Positions 23,101-30,748 of a stretch of 43,465 nt of DNA are shown piece after piece. The position numbers and the translations under genes were made by a program. Under the pieces are notes generated by a model, which saw only the letters and a program-made list of their open reading frames with translations, had not been told where the DNA came from and did not search any database. The stretch covers positions 1 to 43,465 of IMG/VR virus record IMGVR_UViG_3300045988_114701; one strand, 5' to 3'. Origin of the DNA: a virus. Numbering within the stretch: the first letter of the stretch is position 1; every line of letters starts with the position of its first letter.

Positions 23101-25276
23101 AAAGCTGGTCGGCGACACATACAGCCACGCGACCGTGAAAGAACGCATGCTGTCGGCTATTCTGGCAACGGACAACAACGTGCGCGGCGACGGGCTTTTG
23201 ACACTCTGCCAGCAGCTCGAAGCGATGAAACAGGGGCTTGCGGTGGTGACGGAAGCCGACCTGAACTACATCGCGGGGCAGATGAGCACATTCCTCTATG
23301 CCGAGGGCGCAGACCTTGAGGGAATGCCGGTGACGACAGAGGGCAAAACGGCGTTGCAGCGCGTCTATAACGCGCAGGCCAACATCGTACAAAACAGCGT
23401 GATGGAAAAGGTCAATGCCTTTGGATATACCAACATGCTATCCGGCACGAAGACGTGGAGCAAGAACATTTTCAGCAACGTTCTTATTCGTCCGCTTGAG
23501 CTGGCGAGCGAGAAGATCGGCGGCGCGATTGAAGGGGCGTTTATCACCAAGCGAACGGGCAACCGAACGACGGACGCGCCGAACCGTGCGGAGCGGGCGG
23601 CAGGACGGGATGCGTTTGTCGGCGAGATCGGACAGACGATGGTGGATTATTTCGTGACGCATGCGGACACCGGACACGGAAGCGGCTTTGACCTGAACCA
23701 CAACAACCGCACCTTCAACAACAAATTTCTGCAAACCTACAAGAACATCGTGGATTTTGCCATGCAGGTAGGCGACCGTCCGTTCTGGGAGCAATGCTAC
23801 GCGGAGGAGCTTGCCGTCATCAAGCGTCTGGGGACGAAGATCCCCGATACGCAGCGCGTAGACGGACGCGAGGTCAAAGTCCTGCGCGACATGACGTTTG
23901 AGGAAATGAAGACGGAAGCGGCGGTTCGTGCGACGGAGCGCGTTTTTCAGGAGGACAACCGCATCGTCAGTGCCATCAACAAGGCGCGGCGAGAAAGCCC
24001 GATGATCGATTTCGCGATTACGAGCATGATGCCCTTCCTCAAAACGCCGACAAACGTCGCAAGCCGCATGATGCAGTACAGCCCCATCGGACTGGCGCGG
24101 GCAATCATCCAATACGGTCTATGGGACGGCAAGCGCAACGGCGGCACGAACTTTGACCAGCGCAAGTTCGTCATGAACCTCGGACGCGGACTGACGGGTA
24201 CTGGCGCGGCAATCGCCGGCGCACTGCTCGCCAGCCTCGGCGCGATTCAGCCCGGACGCGAGGACGAGGAAGACAAAAAGCTGGGCGTAATCCGCAAGGC
24301 GCAGGGCAGGAGTTACAGCACATATTTCAAGCTGGGCGACTGGGAAATCCCGCTTGACTTTGCGCAGCCGGCGAGTGGTCCTCTGTACATCGGCGCGAAA
24401 ACCGCATGGGCGCTTGAAGAGATGGGCGACGACGTGAACGTTCCGGCACTGATCGGAACGTTGCTCTACGGTTCGACGCTCGAAACGGGCAACCAGTTGT
24501 TTGACAACTCGTTCCTTTCCGGGTTCAGCGCGTTGTTCAGCGGCTACAACGACGTGGAAGGCATTATGAGCAACATCGCGGAGAACATTGCGGAGAATCA
24601 GGCGAGCCGCCTGACCCCTTCGGCGGTGCGTGCGCTCGCCAAAGCGACAGACCCCTATGTGCGGGACGTGTACAGCCAAAATGCGGTGAAGCAATTCCTT
24701 AACCGTCAAATTGTTCAGAACTGGCCGCTTCTGCGACAGACGCTGCCGGTCAAGACGGACATCACGGGCGACGCAACGCTGCAAAACGGATATTACAACT
24801 GGGGACAGGAAAACCAAAACGCGGCGCTGCATTTCCTTAACGCTTTTGTGACCCCGTGGACGACGCTGGGCGAAAAGAATGACGCGGCACTTGACGCGCT
24901 GATCGACCTGAGCTATCGGACAGGGGAAACGAGCTTCCTGCCGGGCGAGATGGTCAGCGGAAGCAAGTACGAGGTGAGCATCACCAAGACACTGGCCAAG
25001 GAACTCAGGGTTAACAAGGTTGGGTTTGGTCAGTACGAGGGATTCAAGATTCGCCTGACGGACGAAGAAAAGCGCTGGGCGAACAGCACCTACGCGGACA
25101 CGCTGTTCAACGGAAACGGCCGAGACGTGATCGGTCTGCGCACGATGATGAACGGGAGCAGATGGGAACGAATGAGCGACGAAGAGAGGATAGAAGCGGT
25201 TCGGAGCATGCAGAAAACGGCTAAAAATCAGGTATTGACCGAGCTGGTCAGGCGAAAGAAGGAGGAACGCGGATGA
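17141..25276 (+). CDS. Giant virion-module protein (2,711 aa) with an HExxH metallopeptidase-like motif, long coiled coil and hydrophobic Gly/Ala segments
   Basis: A single uninterrupted ORF covering 18.7% of the genome, with an AAAGGAG RBS. VVMHELTHYIE places HELTH at nt 21785-21799. An E/Q/A/R coiled coil spans about nt 20600-21250. Hydrophobic segments lie near nt 19811-19897, 20312-20410 and 24173-24255. Confidence 0.8.
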   Translation: MTWLDDKRKRDEEEAQRQRAAQEAAREQRTQEQRLKAEERAHRAAQESLRPASEQKVNTAPLVVNLDTQTNQSAARIASRIPDETERDGFLAEYIAHVKKQSSPNYQKYAPTIGTMRELTDAVVTGGVYADTRKKYEKQRLKEIETQKTGKAAMAELAEMPLMGFDGQNINANTADAATVIRGINSIADDTLRTRAAKAFKTLAQTEGSRFYGENTDGVGTFLESANLTHDEYRNAAEDYASRFYGDGKHDEEDATAYLEARQEIEESAYSDYAKSQLTAALDKAYTGITGGEAPSSGTDDAPAEVTDEERTTEKEQKKEKKPGFWSGLTGKVPEQDEQTEEKTASHALEKAQSQIVSQTLTASTAPGFPTTAKGKDDKSGKAPEVQGPVQMTPEERIIAQGGMSFAQWLAATPSVSSANETGAGIPMHEAQTVGEAAGALLKGQYDQIEGTGKDELDRMLAESGYARRMIGTLTEADSKFILSGSDRADRVPYGNIASQGQTIKTLYDVMRSDSFPDELRGDVMAQMVVWAAQAEAMEQTGTLGGDADLPLMERLLTTDEHAMDELESIYAARDELLADKADMRRAQEEASAQALSDARTAALKGTASEEQLALVRQNAQVGQAELNADMGYVGRLAAVDDYFRPGAGKGAVSPFDSSSVKLNLDAQGVIDTGDYQAQLREQMDALLEEDTQTALALGLTLDEYYAKTGGVDMNALCERAASRISQQGAAITDEEMAALDASFGQGVGAGYMIGAGIRTGGEQWYLDFKDSLYAGYSQGMVSLNAASIQNRYQNEYGAYGRTQYRKDIENALNSGTLDENYAEALRKALVSAADVYQLGIDPMDFDGVFLKNSAEIRRDIATMEGYMRTNATEDEFKWFGRVKSMTYNTVSAGVAAGTTMLTGSSLLGFNMGYSVVGFKNNFDEYLQKGYSIDSARYLGAVNTALDCAVNIGTFEGVLGRMTGMSALTEAARSQIIRNPAGASRGLAAIGAFSKAFAQNEFDEVVHDEFFEGLAANWTDNALGEIFRKVDAGEDITFTDGLNMSLNLLNPKNLDVMGAAEGVVSGAVENAIGAVVFSLSGAVGSGVGTLRGVKAAQDLMNGKRTDVENVILDVTKTLGDEQACALLNDYARQQKESKTVAEEIISGRDESGSAAHAAKAKQQADEARTQAEAAQTAADNSRAQFTEAGDAVMRGDLTQQKGMTEARVRMGESQKTANEQGDVAARRTDEMQQAAAERLTEARQAGRKAVISEDAAAREAMLDDREARMQAIDNEIAQLDAQEQAAEEEFYAAAQSYTEAESMGMDAETLDQLDARMTEIGERMAALSDRREALKNPEAYEARRKAEAQEQQAQEEYQRQLEREQTQSEMDEIAPVVMDIRNKRIWLNEQQIAEVLHTTGLRTITQVNRQYGTQFRVNRKSADVDLDSGFFRELAAQIPGRMDEESTHPETEILNLLDRNGVLKGELGGMEASMGAVGAEDYLKADVSRGNLDPVTQKLASNLKQKTGLELIVMPLADNVRGFYDRENGRLILSNRIGAGEQMRQVVMHELTHYIESTKNYEAYEKAALEAAYRGDTKAMDRDAAEIRKTYEDAGLPCDVNKELTAAATEKLMTSLGAWGRTGSETLVYDLLGAKQSFPIRVYNKLTQFLARRKAQRAGGAEADHYAALVRARDALRQAILEAGTWKKGMGGEDATIELFGKTAPVEREVTRGQQTEMEYAVAPRQFGNQTAQDLDTLTDRTKDFLRGSQYETVTNREQVQRANDDINARGIDAVVNDLLSRDRWTADDHAAAAVAFIRAENEGLNTTAWAIASAYDEQGTNAGQALQARQVIKKLTAAGALVEATKKADHANAKKGLVEGDIPVGNQAPVKGWRDRQQRSKEGTETKQNVSPTGEFDPDNPFNKGRTSVLPQDAVSGAGGSAGDAVQGSFVEKTLPPVLEKVYTAAELIQRQIDKLPSDVSYDNPWNVPLEGWKMELIDQYRLGGIKLVGDTYSHATVKERMLSAILATDNNVRGDGLLTLCQQLEAMKQGLAVVTEADLNYIAGQMSTFLYAEGADLEGMPVTTEGKTALQRVYNAQANIVQNSVMEKVNAFGYTNMLSGTKTWSKNIFSNVLIRPLELASEKIGGAIEGAFITKRTGNRTTDAPNRAERAAGRDAFVGEIGQTMVDYFVTHADTGHGSGFDLNHNNRTFNNKFLQTYKNIVDFAMQVGDRPFWEQCYAEELAVIKRLGTKIPDTQRVDGREVKVLRDMTFEEMKTEAAVRATERVFQEDNRIVSAINKARRESPMIDFAITSMMPFLKTPTNVASRMMQYSPIGLARAIIQYGLWDGKRNGGTNFDQRKFVMNLGRGLTGTGAAIAGALLASLGAIQPGREDEEDKKLGVIRKAQGRSYSTYFKLGDWEIPLDFAQPASGPLYIGAKTAWALEEMGDDVNVPALIGTLLYGSTLETGNQLFDNSFLSGFSALFSGYNDVEGIMSNIAENIAENQASRLTPSAVRALAKATDPYVRDVYSQNAVKQFLNRQIVQNWPLLRQTLPVKTDITGDATLQNGYYNWGQENQNAALHFLNAFVTPWTTLGEKNDAALDALIDLSYRTGETSFLPGEMVSGSKYEVSITKTLAKELRVNKVGFGQYEGFKIRLTDEEKRWANSTYADTLFNGNGRDVIGLRTMMNGSRWERMSDEERIEAVRSMQKTAKNQVLTELVRRKKEERG

Positions 25277-26169
25277 TTCACGCGAGTTTTGACGACAGAA
25301 GCCACAAGAGCGCGGCGATTGCGGGCATTTACCAATACGACACGGGACAGCGGCTAAAGATGCACGGGCTGCCGTCGCCGCGGGAGCTGGCGGAGAGGGA
25401 CGACTTTCTATCCGGCGACGCGGTGACGGTGCAGGCGCAGTACGGGTTTGTCGGGGACAGCCAGACGGAAACGCGGATGGCGAGCTACGACGAGGGAAGC
25501 GGATGCTGGACGGCGGACATTCCGGACATATACCTGACCCGAAGCAGCACGGTGAAGGTGTTCGTATACGTCGGCTACGGCGCGGCGGAGGGCGCGGGAC
25601 GGTCAAAGACCTGCTACGAGGGGAGCTTCACGCCCGTCAGCCGCCCCGCGCCGGGGACGCAGGTCACGCCGGAGCAGACGAACGCATGGGACGCGCTGGT
25701 TGCGGAAGTGAACCTGACGCTGGCGAAGATGAACACGGCGGTATCGGGCGCGAACGCGGCGGCGGAAACCGCAGGCACGGCGGCGAAAGCAGCGGACAAG
25801 GCGGCGGGCAGCGCGGAGAGCGCGGCGAAAACCGCAGGCGACGCGGCGGGGAGCGCAAACAGCGCGGCGGAAGCGGCAAATCAGGCGGCAAAAGCGGCGA
25901 ACACAGCGGCGGCAGGTGCGAACACACAGGCGGAACACCTGCAAAGCATGGTCGTACAGGCGGCGACGCGGGAATACGGCAGCGGAAGCACGGCGAGCCT
26001 GACGGACGACGGAGAGAAGAAAGTCCTTTCGCTGGGGCTTGAGCGGGGCATGCCGGGCAGGGACGGCGCAAAGGGCGAGAGAGGCGAAAAGGGCGACAAG
26101 GGCGACACGGGGACGGCGGGCGTGACCTTTCAGCTTGTCGGCACGGTGCTGACCATCACGACGGTATGA
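25273..26169 (+). CDS. Tail fibre/baseplate-like protein with an Ala-rich coiled stalk and collagen-like G-X-Y run
   Basis: ATGA overlap with the giant ORF. Contains AETAGTAAKAADKAAGSAESAAKTAGDAAGSANSAAEAANQAAKAAN. GMPGRDGAKGERGEKGDKGDTGTAG is encoded at nt 26047-26121. Confidence 0.65.
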   Translation: MIHASFDDRSHKSAAIAGIYQYDTGQRLKMHGLPSPRELAERDDFLSGDAVTVQAQYGFVGDSQTETRMASYDEGSGCWTADIPDIYLTRSSTVKVFVYVGYGAAEGAGRSKTCYEGSFTPVSRPAPGTQVTPEQTNAWDALVAEVNLTLAKMNTAVSGANAAAETAGTAAKAADKAAGSAESAAKTAGDAAGSANSAAEAANQAAKAANTAAAGANTQAEHLQSMVVQAATREYGSGSTASLTDDGEKKVLSLGLERGMPGRDGAKGERGEKGDKGDTGTAGVTFQLVGTVLTITTV

Positions 26170-26179
26170 GGGTAAAGGC

Positions 26180-27085
26180 ATGGCAAAGAAAATTCCTGCA
26201 TTCAGCTACACGGGCGCATACCGGACGCAGAGCGACGGGAGATACTGGTACATTCTGCTGCTGACAAGCGGCACGCTGACCTTTCAGTACGCCAAGAGCG
26301 GCGTGGACGTGGGCTGCGTGGGCGGCGGCGGGTCGAGCGCGTGCCACCTGCAAACGGCGAACACGGCGGGCGGAAGCGGCGGAGGCGGCGGGTACATCGC
26401 AACCGGCACGGCGGCAATCGCGGCGGGGCAGGGCTACGCGGTGAGCATCGGAAATGGCGGGGCTGTTCCGGCGGTATGGCTGGCGGGCAGCAACGGAGGG
26501 GCGACGTCTGCCTTCGGCATTACCGCACAGGGCGGCAAGGGCGCGGGCGCGCTGGGCTGGAAGGACAGCGGCACGCCGGGCACGGGCACTGGCGCAGGCG
26601 GAACAGGCGGCAGAGACACGCACATCGCGGGCACGCAGGGCGAAAACGGGCAAGACCTCTTCGGGCTGGGGCGATACGGCGCGGGAGGCGGCGGCGGAGG
26701 CGGCGGCTGGGCTACGGCAGGCGGAAGCGGCGGCGCAGACGGAGGCGGCGCGGGCGGCAAAGGCGGCGCGCCGGGCACGAACGGCGCAGACGGCACGGCG
26801 GGAGCGGCGAACACGGGCGGCGGCGCAGGCGGTCCGGGCGGCGGATATGTGGACGAGGACAGCCGCTACAACAGCAAGGGCGGTCAGGCGGCGGCAGGCG
26901 GAAGCGGCGTCGTCATTCTGCGGGGAACGCAGGACGATTTGATTCCGGTGGTTTTTAACGGAACACAGCTGAGTGAGCTGTACTTTAACGGCGTAAAGGT
27001 GACGAGCCTCATTTACAACGGGGCAAGGCTGTTTATACGGGAGGTGAAACGATGTTTTGCGCATCAAGCGGTCAAATTGTGCTGA
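26180..27085 (+). CDS. Glycine-rich domain protein (phage fibre-associated type)
   Basis: VGCVGGGGSS..GGSGGGGGY..VSIGNGG..SAFG..AQGGKGAG..GGGGGGGGW..GGSGVVILR matches the common phage glycine-rich domain pattern. Confidence 0.7.
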   Translation: MAKKIPAFSYTGAYRTQSDGRYWYILLLTSGTLTFQYAKSGVDVGCVGGGGSSACHLQTANTAGGSGGGGGYIATGTAAIAAGQGYAVSIGNGGAVPAVWLAGSNGGATSAFGITAQGGKGAGALGWKDSGTPGTGTGAGGTGGRDTHIAGTQGENGQDLFGLGRYGAGGGGGGGGWATAGGSGGADGGGAGGKGGAPGTNGADGTAGAANTGGGAGGPGGGYVDEDSRYNSKGGQAAAGGSGVVILRGTQDDLIPVVFNGTQLSELYFNGVKVTSLIYNGARLFIREVKRCFAHQAVKLC

Positions 27086-27420
27086 CGGCGGGGGACACGG
27101 GCGTGATCGGGTTCGAGGCGGCGGAGGGCGGCTACATCCCGACGGAGAACGACCGCGCAATCTTTACCGTTCGGGACAAGGTCGGCGGGCGCAGGCTGAT
27201 TGAAAAGACGGTTCAGCCGGACGCGCAGGGCGTGACGCGCGTTCCCTTCATGGTGGAGGACACGGCAAAGCTCAAGCCGCGCGGCTATGTTTGGGACATC
27301 CGCTTCGCGCTGGAGGCGAAAGAGGACGGGAGCGGGAACGTGACGGAGTACAGGGAAATGATTACGCCGATGGAGCCGGGCGTTCTATGGGTGCTTCCGG
27401 CGATAGGAGAGAGCAGATGA
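27052..27420 (+). CDS. Hypothetical tail-module protein (122 aa)
   Basis: ORF track; GGGAGGTG RBS 5 nt before ATG 27052. It overlaps the 3-prime end of the upstream gene by 34 nt. Confidence 0.6.
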   Translation: MFCASSGQIVLTAGDTGVIGFEAAEGGYIPTENDRAIFTVRDKVGGRRLIEKTVQPDAQGVTRVPFMVEDTAKLKPRGYVWDIRFALEAKEDGSGNVTEYREMITPMEPGVLWVLPAIGESR

Positions 27421-28985
27421 GCGAAAAAATCAAATTGCAGATTCGGAATTTTCGCGGCGAGAAGGGCGAAAAGGGGGACAAGGGCGACGCATTCACCTAT
27501 GCGGACTTTACGCCTGAACAGCTGGAGGGACTGACGCGCGGCATTGCGCAGGAAGCGGCTGGAAAAGCCGAGCAGGCTGCCATGGAAAGCGTCAGGCAGG
27601 CGACGGACGCGGCGGCACAGGCGGCGGTGAGCGCATCCGGCGCGGAGAGCGCAAAGACGGCTGCGGAAAAAGCCCAGACCGCGGCAGAGAGCAGCGCGGG
27701 CGGCGCGGCGGGAGAAGCGCAGAAGGCGCAGACGAGTGCGGCACAGGCGGCAAGCAGCGCGGCATATGCGGGAGAAGCAGGCACAGCGGCGGGAGAAGCG
27801 CAGAAGGCGGCAGAAAGCGCGAAAAGCGCGGCGGCGGTTTCTGCATCGCTGGCGCAGGAGAGCGCGGCACAGGCGGCAGGGAGCGCGGAGAGCGCAGACA
27901 GCGCAAAGACGGCGGCGTCGCAGAGCGAGCAGAGAACGGCGGCGTCGGAAGCGAACGTCGCGCAGGCAGAGGAGCGCATCAGCAAGATGGTTTCCGGCGC
28001 GGTGGAAGCAGTCACGGCGCAAGAAACGAAATCTGTTCAGGCGGTCGCAACGCAGGGGGAAGCGTCTGTTGCGGCGGTGACGGCAGAGGGCGAACGGGTG
28101 CTGGGGACGATTCCGCAGGATTATACGGCGGCGGTCGGAGAAATCGACGTGCTCAAAAAAAGCAAAGCGGAGATTGACGACACCGCCATAGACGGCGATA
28201 CATGGAGCAGCAAGCATATTGTGGACATGCTCTGCCCCAAGGTCGAGAAAAGCGGAACACTTGTACAGATGGACGGGATGCTCGGGGGATATCCGCTGGG
28301 CGTCAAAGTCAGTTGGACGCCGGCGCAGGAGGGGAGCGGCGAGCCGTCGCCGGAGAATATCCGCCCGATAAAGGGCAGGAATAGCGTAAGGGTCGAGCGG
28401 CGGGAAAACGATTTAGCTTACACGCTCACCCTCCCCTCTACCGTCTATGGCGGCGAAGTGGACGCGGTGAGGGGAGAGGGACAGAGAGAGTGGCGGTGTA
28501 TAACATTAACAGGGCAAGAACCATGTCATGTTTACACAACGTTATTCTACATTGACCTCAATAAACTGGATTCTTTTGCCGCAGAGCCTGCGATCGATTC
28601 TACAAGCGGAAAAAGCAGTCATTACCCATATCAATTATACGGTGCAAATGGATATATAGGAATAACACTTGATGGCGGTGCTGTGGTTTATAGTCCAGGG
28701 GGAAAATATCCAAGTACGAATGACGGACTGAGGGAATGGATGGATTATCTCGCCGCCCAGTACGCCGCAGGAACGCCTGTGCAAATCTGTTACAAACAGG
28801 CTAACCCGGTTCCCTTCACCGCCACTGGCGGCGCATCCATCAAGGCACTCTCCGGCACAAACACCGTCCTGACCGACGCGGACAGCGTAACGGTGACGGG
28901 CAGAGCTGATCCCATTCAGACAGTATCCAAGTTGAGTGAACGCATCGCTGCATTGGAAGCAGCGGCGACGAACATCACCGAATAA
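27417..28985 (+). CDS. Tail fibre protein (522 aa): short collagen-like run, long Ala-rich coiled stalk, distinct C-terminal domain
   Basis: ORF track 27291..28985; ATG 27417 is preferred (ATGA overlap). Contains GEKGEKGDKGD (nt 27456-27488) and about 170 aa of SAxxA-type repeats. The C-terminal part is low-GC. Confidence 0.75.
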   Translation: MSEKIKLQIRNFRGEKGEKGDKGDAFTYADFTPEQLEGLTRGIAQEAAGKAEQAAMESVRQATDAAAQAAVSASGAESAKTAAEKAQTAAESSAGGAAGEAQKAQTSAAQAASSAAYAGEAGTAAGEAQKAAESAKSAAAVSASLAQESAAQAAGSAESADSAKTAASQSEQRTAASEANVAQAEERISKMVSGAVEAVTAQETKSVQAVATQGEASVAAVTAEGERVLGTIPQDYTAAVGEIDVLKKSKAEIDDTAIDGDTWSSKHIVDMLCPKVEKSGTLVQMDGMLGGYPLGVKVSWTPAQEGSGEPSPENIRPIKGRNSVRVERRENDLAYTLTLPSTVYGGEVDAVRGEGQREWRCITLTGQEPCHVYTTLFYIDLNKLDSFAAEPAIDSTSGKSSHYPYQLYGANGYIGITLDGGAVVYSPGGKYPSTNDGLREWMDYLAAQYAAGTPVQICYKQANPVPFTATGGASIKALSGTNTVLTDADSVTVTGRADPIQTVSKLSERIAALEAAATNITE

Positions 28986-29000
28986 CAGGAGGAAAGACAC

Positions 29001-29291
29001 ATGATTGAAAACGAAAAGACGTACAGTGCCAAGTATCAGGTACTCTACAACCGCCTAACCAACGGAACGCCGTTTACAACTGACACGGCGCAGGCACGAA
29101 TCACCGCGCTGGCGGATGCGCTGGAAATCACGCAGGAGGAAGCGGACGAGCTGTTCGCGCTCGCCAAGGAGCATGGCACGAGCGGCGCGACGCTGGAGGA
29201 GCGCGTGGCGGCGTTGGAAGAACGCGCGCTTGAGCATGAGGAAGCACTGGTCGAGCTGGCGGGCATGATGACGGGAAGCGGGGTGGAGTAA
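29001..29291 (+). CDS. Hypothetical protein after the tail fibre (96 aa; possible fibre assembly factor)
   Basis: ORF track; AGGAGG RBS at 28988-28993. Role inferred from position only. Confidence 0.55.
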   Translation: MIENEKTYSAKYQVLYNRLTNGTPFTTDTAQARITALADALEITQEEADELFALAKEHGTSGATLEERVAALEERALEHEEALVELAGMMTGSGVE

Positions 29292-29399
29292 ATGGCAAAG
29301 GTTTATGCGCGGATGATCAAAAACGGAAAGATGACGCTTGAAAACGTGCCGGAGAAGTGGCGCGGACAGGTCGGGAAGCTGCTTGGAGAGGATGAATGA
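29292..29399 (+). CDS. XkdX-like micro-protein (35 aa), tentative
   Basis: Hand-translated: MAKVYARMIKNGKMTLENVPEKWRGQVGKLLGEDE. Its size and its position between the fibre genes and the lysis genes are typical of XkdX-type ORFs. Confidence 0.4.
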   Translation: MAKVYARMIKNGKMTLENVPEKWRGQVGKLLGEDE

Positions 29400-29485
29400 T
29401 GGGCATTGTAATCGCGGCGTTCTGCCTGCTGGCGTGCATCGGCATCGCGAGATTCATTCACGCGGGAGGGGCTTGGGATGATTAA
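29396..29485 (+). CDS. Possible 29-aa single-pass membrane peptide
   Basis: Hand-translated: MMGIVIAAFCLLACIGIARFIHAGGAWDD; ATGA overlap with the upstream stop. Confidence 0.35.
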   Translation: MMGIVIAAFCLLACIGIARFIHAGGAWDD

Positions 29486-29487
29486 AA

Positions 29488-29667
29488 ATGAGAAGCAAAT
29501 CTGAGTACGCGATGCAGAAGGTGCTAGCCAGAGAATGGGCAATTCAATATATTAAATCTATGCAAAGCGTTGATTTTTTAACGGAAGAGAACATCAAAAA
29601 ATACGCGCGTGCCAGAAGAAGGGCATTGAAGCAATTCCACCGCCTGAGAGGGCATATGAGGGGGTGA
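29488..29667 (+). CDS. Possible 59-aa basic protein
   Basis: Hand-translated: MRSKSEYAMQKVLAREWAIQYIKSMQSVDFLTEENIKKYARARRRALKQFHRLRGHMRG. It fills the gap before the endolysin gene. The RBS is weak. Confidence 0.35.
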   Translation: MRSKSEYAMQKVLAREWAIQYIKSMQSVDFLTEENIKKYARARRRALKQFHRLRGHMRG

Positions 29668-29671
29668 GAAA

Positions 29672-30412
29672 ATGATTAAGACGGCGGAAGCACTCCACAC
29701 GGCGCGGGGACTGCTTGGCACAAGCTATGATGAGCTGGACTGCATCAACCTCATTAAGAAGGTCATCCGCGTCAGCGCGGGCGGGGAGAAAAGCTACACG
29801 ACGGCAGGCACGAACGCGCTCTGGGAGAGCGACAAAAACAGCGCGAAATACCGCGATTTGACATGGAAGCAGGAAGGCATTTCCGGCGCGAAGGCGGGGA
29901 TGCTGGCGTTCATGGGCGTGGGAACGGGCGATGTGAATCACGTCGGGCTGGTGACGGAGAAGGGGACGGTCGTCCACTCAAGCAAGAGCAGGGGCGGGAC
30001 GGTCGAAACCGAGCTGACGGAAAAGAACGGCTGGAACGGGTTGGGAAAGCACAGGATGATTGAGGTGAATGGAATGGAAAAGGAATTCGGCAACGCGACG
30101 GTATCGGTCACGAGCGGCTGCCTGAACATCCGCGAGGGCGCGGGCACGGCGGCGAAAATCATCGCCAAAGCCGAGAACGGGACGCGGGTGAACGTGATCC
30201 GCGAGGCGGGCGGCACGGGCTGGGTGTTCGGAAAGTTGGAAAACGGCGTGGCGGGGTACATGTCAGGGGCGTATCTGGTGGAGGACGAGAACACACCGGA
30301 TGCCGATGCGGGGAACGCTGCGGACGCGGGCGGCGCGGAAACGACGACGCTCAGAAGGAGCGACGGCGTGTATGTTACGCTGGCGGGGAAATGGGAAATC
30401 GCGGAAGATTGA
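29672..30412 (+). CDS. Endolysin: NlpC/P60-type peptidase plus SH3b-like wall-binding domain
   Basis: Cys motif YDELDCINLI and His motif DVNHVGLV. The C-terminal SH3-like segment is LNIREGAGTAAKIIAKAENGTRVNVIRE..GWVFGKLENGVAGYMSGAYL. Confidence 0.8.
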   Translation: MIKTAEALHTARGLLGTSYDELDCINLIKKVIRVSAGGEKSYTTAGTNALWESDKNSAKYRDLTWKQEGISGAKAGMLAFMGVGTGDVNHVGLVTEKGTVVHSSKSRGGTVETELTEKNGWNGLGKHRMIEVNGMEKEFGNATVSVTSGCLNIREGAGTAAKIIAKAENGTRVNVIREAGGTGWVFGKLENGVAGYMSGAYLVEDENTPDADAGNAADAGGAETTTLRRSDGVYVTLAGKWEIAED

Positions 30413-30427
30413 AAGGAGCGAACTATA

Positions 30428-30748
30428 ATGAAAGCTATGTTGTCTCAGCCTATGAAAGGTAAAACAAACGAAGAAATTATCGCCACCCGTGAACGCTCTA
30501 TTGCCGTACTCAAAGAGCGCGGATATGAAATCATCAATACCCTGTTCACCGACGAATGGTATTCGCAGGAAGCCATGAAGAAACGCGGTGTTGAAAACAT
30601 TCCCTTGTGTTTCCTCGCGAAGTCGCTTGAAAACATGTCTTTGTGTCATGCTGCTTACTTCTGCAAAGGCTGGGAGAATGCACGCGGATGCAAAATTGAA
30701 CACGAGGTTGCCAAGGCTTACGGAATGACGATTATTTACGAAGATTGA
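30428..30748 (+). CDS. DUF4406-like (nucleoside 2-deoxyribosyltransferase-like fold) protein, low-GC moron
   Basis: MLSQPMKGKT..(helix)..and the C-terminal FCKGWENARGCKIEHEVAKAYGMTIIYE match the G-W-E-x-S/A-x-G-x-x-x-E signature recalled for DUF4406. It is visibly more AT-rich than its neighbours. Confidence 0.55.
   Translation: MKAMLSQPMKGKTNEEIIATRERSIAVLKERGYEIINTLFTDEWYSQEAMKKRGVENIPLCFLAKSLENMSLCHAAYFCKGWENARGCKIEHEVAKAYGMTIIYED

Noticed and set aside
26341-26958. Arg/Gly-rich alternative-frame ORFs within the glycine-rich protein gene (26341-26958 and 26454-26942)
   Set aside because: They are frame-shifted readings of GGC/GGN-rich DNA. The annotated frame gives the recognisable glycine-rich domain pattern and has an RBS.
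25700-28000. Ala-rich repeat tracts of the two fibre genes as a DGR template/variable repeat pair
   Set aside because: There is no reverse transcriptase gene anywhere in the genome. The tracts are only compositionally similar, not near-identical with A-specific mismatches.
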